The position numbers and the translations under genes are program-made. Positions 25,408-28,511 of a stretch of 28,511 bases of DNA are shown in pieces. The notes beneath the pieces were generated by a model. The model was not told the origin of the DNA. It searched no databases and worked only from the letters and a program-made list of their open reading frames with translations. This stretch comes from Myxococcota bacterium (GTDB taxonomy: Bacteria; Myxococcota_A; Polyangia; Polyangiales; Sandaracinaceae): positions 1 through 28,511 of the forward strand of contig JAYZQJ010000287.1 in the NCBI GenBank assembly GCA_036149055.1, in the 5' to 3' direction. The number at the start of each line of letters is the position of its first letter. Position 1 is the first letter of the stretch.

Positions 25408-26130
25408 TCAGCCGAGCCCTCCGCAGGCGGCGATCGCCTGCTCGAGGGTGAAGCGCTCCTCGTAGAGCGCGCGCCCGCAGACCGCGGCCCGCACGCCGGC
25501 CTCGTAGAGCTGGGTCAGGTGCAGCAGCCCGCCGATCCCGCCGGAGGCGATCACGGTGGCCGAGAGCCCCTCCTGGAGCCGGGCGGTGCGCTCGACCGCG
25601 GGGCCGTGCCCGGTGCCGTCGCGCTCGATGTCGGTGTAGAGGATCGCGGCCGCGCCCCACCCGTCCGCCCGCTCGGCGAGCTCGCGCACCGTCTGGTCGG
25701 TCTCCTCGCGCCAGCCCTCGACCGCGACCGCGTCGCCCCGGGCGTCGATGGCGATGACGATGGCGCCCGGGTGCGCGCGGCAGAGCGCCTCGGTCAGCGC
25801 CGGGTCCTTGACCGCCACCGTGCCGAGCACGACCCGCTCGGCGCCGGCCTCGAGCCAGCGCTCCGCGCCGTCGAGCGTGCGCACGCCGCCGCCGACCTGC
25901 ACGCTCACGCTCACCGCGCCGAGGATCGCCTCGATGACCTCGAGGTGCTCGGGCTGGCCGCTGCGCGCGCCGTCGAGATCCACCACGTGGATGCGCGACG
26001 CGCCGGCCGCCGCGAAGGCCTCGGCCTGGGCCACCGGGTCGTCGGAGTAGACCTTGGCCGCGTCGTAGTCGCCCTTGTGGAGCCGGACGACCTTGCCGCC
26101 GAGGAGATCGATCGCCGGGATCAGCTCCAT
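25408..26130 (-). CDS. hisA: ProFAR isomerase
   Basis: [46 protein letters not shown]. Start ATG 26130. Confidence 0.96.
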   Translation of the reverse strand: MELIPAIDLLGGKVVRLHKGDYDAAKVYSDDPVAQAEAFAAAGASRIHVVDLDGARSGQPEHLEVIEAILGAVSVSVQVGGGVRTLDGAERWLEAGAERVVLGTVAVKDPALTEALCRAHPGAIVIAIDARGDAVAVEGWREETDQTVRELAERADGWGAAAILYTDIERDGTGHGPAVERTARLQEGLSATVIASGGIGGLLHLTQLYEAGVRAAVCGRALYEERFTLEQAIAACGGLG

Positions 26131-26741
26131 GCGTCCTCCAGGAAGCGGGAGAGGAGCGCGGCGCCCGCGCGCTGGCTCTTCTCCGGGTGAAACTGGCACG
26201 CGAAGACGTTGCCCCGCGCGACCGCGGCGCAGAAGGGCGCGCCATAGGTGGCGGTCCCGACGGTCAGCGCCTCGTCCTCGGGCACGCAGTAGTACGAGTG
26301 CACGAAGTACAGCCAGGCCTCGTCCGCGAGCAGCGGGTGGTCCCCGCGGACCACGTTCCAGCCCATGTGCGGGATCTTGAGCGCGCGGCCGTCCTCGCCC
26401 CGGAGGTCGGCGGGGAAGCGGCGCACCGCGCCCGGGAAGAGCCCGAGGCCTCGAGCGCCCTCCGCCTCCTCGCTCCGCTCGAAGAGGATCTGCATGCCGA
26501 GACAGATCCCGAGGTAGGGCTTGCCCGCGTCGACGTGCGCGCGGAGCGCCTCGCCGAGCCCGCCCTCGAGCGCCTTGGCGCAGTCTCGAAAGTGGCCTTG
26601 CCCCGGGACCACGACGCGGTCGGCGGCGAGGACGGCCTCGGGATCGGACGAGAGGGTGACCGCGGCGCCCTCGCGCTCGAGCGCGCGGGCGACGCTGCGC
26701 AGGTTCCCCATCGACGTGTCGACCAGGAGGACGCGCTTCAT
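26121..26741 (-). CDS. hisH: Imidazole glycerol phosphate synthase glutaminase subunit
   Basis: GNLRSV, LGICLGMQ, IPHMGWN, YFVHSY, QFHPEKS. Confidence 0.97.
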   Translation of the reverse strand: MKRVLLVDTSMGNLRSVARALEREGAAVTLSSDPEAVLAADRVVVPGQGHFRDCAKALEGGLGEALRAHVDAGKPYLGICLGMQILFERSEEAEGARGLGLFPGAVRRFPADLRGEDGRALKIPHMGWNVVRGDHPLLADEAWLYFVHSYYCVPEDEALTVGTATYGAPFCAAVARGNVFACQFHPEKSQRAGAALLSRFLEDAWS

Positions 26742-27331
26742 TCGGTCAACGTGCCCTTGGTGGACGGCACGCCGGGCGCGCGCGGGTCGAGCTCCGTGGC
26801 CTCGCGCAGGGCGCGCGCGAAGGCCTTGAAGGTGACCTCGATGATGTGATGGAGGTTGTCACCCGCCTCCTTCACCACGTGGAGGTTCATCTGCGCGCCG
26901 CGCGCGATGCCCTCGAAGAAGACCTCGGCCAGCTCCGTGTCGAACTCGCCCACCTTCGCCTTGGGCAGCGGGCTCTCCCACACGAAGAAGGTCCGCCCGC
27001 TCAGATCGAGCGCGACCGTCACCCGGGCCTCGTCCATCGGCAGCGTCGCCGCGCCGTACCGCCGGATGCCCTTCTTGTCGCCGAGGGCCTCCGCCAGCGC
27101 CTTGCCGAGGGTGATCGCGAGGTCCTCGGTGACGTGGTGACCGTCGATGTGGGTGTCCCCCTCGGCCCGCACCGTCAGGTCGAGCGCGCCGTGTCGGGCG
27201 AGCTGCTCCACCATGTGGGTCAAGAACCCGATCGGCGTCTGGACGTCGTGCGCCCCGGTCCCGTCGACGTCGAGGCGCACCTCGATCTTGGTCTCTTTCG
27301 TCTCGCGCACCAGCGAGGCGTTCCGGCTCAT
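26738..27331 (-). CDS. hisB: Imidazoleglycerol-phosphate dehydratase
   Basis: RETKET, HHVTED, PMDEA, NLHHIIE, PSTKG. Confidence 0.97.
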   Translation of the reverse strand: MSRNASLVRETKETKIEVRLDVDGTGAHDVQTPIGFLTHMVEQLARHGALDLTVRAEGDTHIDGHHVTEDLAITLGKALAEALGDKKGIRRYGAATLPMDEARVTVALDLSGRTFFVWESPLPKAKVGEFDTELAEVFFEGIARGAQMNLHVVKEAGDNLHHIIEVTFKAFARALREATELDPRAPGVPSTKGTLTE

Positions 27332-27353
27332 GCGCCGGAGACTAGAATAACGG

Positions 27354-27839
27354 TCACCCCTTGGCGAGGCGCTGCTCGACGTCCTCGAGGCGCGCCTTCA
27401 GGAGCGCGTTGTCGGGCTCGTGCTGGAGCGCCATCCGGAGGTTGAGCTTCGCGGTCTGCAGGTCGCCCTTCTTGAGGGCCTGGGACGCCTTGGTGGCGAA
27501 CGGGCGCGCGCGCGGCGACTTCACGGTGAGGCGGTTGGTGGACGTCGGCCGGAAGGAGTCGCGGCGGGCCGCGGTGGCGTCGAAGCGGAGGCGCCCCCGC
27601 TGCAGCCCCTCGTCGTAGGCGGTGCGCGCCTGCGGATCGAGCAGCACGCGGTAGCCCTCGGCGCCGCGGCGGTAGATCTCGGCCGCCCGGGCGCGCTTCT
27701 CGGGCGGCGCCCCGGCGAAGCGGTCGGGGTGATACCGCCGCGCGAAGACGTGGAAGGCGTCGCGGACCGCGTCGGCCGTCGCTCCGGGCTCGATCGACAG
27801 GAGCGTGTAGTAGTCGAGCTGGTCGAGTCGGTCGCCCAC
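27354..27839 (-). CDS. J-domain (DnaJ-type) protein with C-terminal TPR-like motif
   Basis: DYYTLL, YHPD, RTAYD; ALKKGDLQTAKLNLRMALQHEPDN. Confidence 0.88.
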   Translation of the reverse strand: MGDRLDQLDYYTLLSIEPGATADAVRDAFHVFARRYHPDRFAGAPPEKRARAAEIYRRGAEGYRVLLDPQARTAYDEGLQRGRLRFDATAARRDSFRPTSTNRLTVKSPRARPFATKASQALKKGDLQTAKLNLRMALQHEPDNALLKARLEDVEQRLAKG

Positions 27840-27842
27840 GGC

Positions 27843-28511
27843 TCAACCCATCAGCTGCTGCTGACGCGCCTGCATGCGCTGGATCTCGTCCTCGGCCACG
27901 CCCCCGAGCAGGTTGATCCGGATCGTCTGCTGACGGCCGGTCTCCTGATCGAGGGCGCGCACGCCGAGCGTGCCGTCGGCGTCCATCAGGAAGGTGACCT
28001 CGATCTTCACCTCGCCCCGCGCCGCCTGGCGGAGGCCGGTCAGCTCCACCTGGCCGAGCGGCTGGTTCTCGTCGAGCCGGCGGGACTCGCCCTGGAAGAT
28101 GCGCACCGAGACCGAGTCCTGGTCGTCGGCGCCGGTGCTGAAGACCCGGGTCTGCTCGACCGGGATGGCGGCGTTGCGCCCGATGACGCCCTCGCAGTAC
28201 CCGCCGACCGTCTCGACCCCGAGGGTGTGCGGCGTGACGTCGAGCAGCAGCGGCGGCGGCGCGGCGACCGGGGGCGCGACCGCGCTGGGCGCGGGCTGAG
28301 CAGTCATCTGAGCGACGGGCTGCGGCGCGGACGGCGGCAGCCCCGGGGGCGCGCTCGGCACGTGCTCGATCGGCGGCGGCGCGGGCGGCTCCTCCCGCGC
28401 GAAGTCCGGGACCGGCAGGCCGCCCGAGCCGAAGCCGAGCGTGCTCCCGCCCGGCGCGTTGCGGGCGCGGCGGCGGGACGGGGCCTCGGCGGGCGGCGGC
28501 GCGGCCGGCGG
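27843..28511 (-). CDS. Hsp70/DnaK-family protein, 3' part (start lies outside the window)
   Basis: LLLDVTPHTLGVET, IGRNAAIP, FSTGADDQ, FQGE, IEVTFLMDADG. The frame is open from 28361 to the window edge. Confidence 0.88.
   Translation of the reverse strand, partial: PPAAPPPAEAPSRRRARNAPGGSTLGFGSGGLPVPDFAREEPPAPPPIEHVPSAPPGLPPSAPQPVAQMTAQPAPSAVAPPVAAPPPLLLDVTPHTLGVETVGGYCEGVIGRNAAIPVEQTRVFSTGADDQDSVSVRIFQGESRRLDENQPLGQVELTGLRQAARGEVKIEVTFLMDADGTLGVRALDQETGRQQTIRINLLGGVAEDEIQRMQARQQQLMG

Overview
High-GC, gene-dense chromosomal window. Gene content and style (Cys-rich lipoproteins, PEGA/pseudokinase protein, AgmX/PglI-like domain) suggest a myxobacterium, possibly Polyangiales/Sandaracinaceae-like; this is inference. 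No rRNA, tRNA, CRISPR array or transposase was seen. Left to right: (1) a nested hairpin element at 6-117. (2) A co-oriented minus-strand cluster (10643 to 124): inositol monophosphatase, GH3-family acyl-amido synthetase, myo-inositol-1-phosphate synthase, a DegT-family aminotransferase with a cyclitol/AHBA-type motif, an LPG_synthase_TM/HpnL-like membrane protein, an MMPL/RND exporter and an MlaD/MCE protein with a C-terminal beta-rich domain. This is the best candidate for an undescribed system: a possible N-acyl-aminoinositol (aminocyclitol lipid) synthesis and export pathway. (3) Lipoproteins and an M19 dipeptidase. (4) A cytochrome-c-like lipoprotein / SH3-beta-barrel / DUF4266 / DUF3570 operon with flavinylation-type motifs. 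(5) uppP-manC-PMM/PGM-O-methyltransferase. (6) Hypothetical proteins, an M28 peptidase and a pseudokinase-like PEGA protein. (7) hisBHAF. (8) A J-domain protein and the 3' end of an atypical Hsp70. All family calls come from motif recognition by eye; no searches were run.
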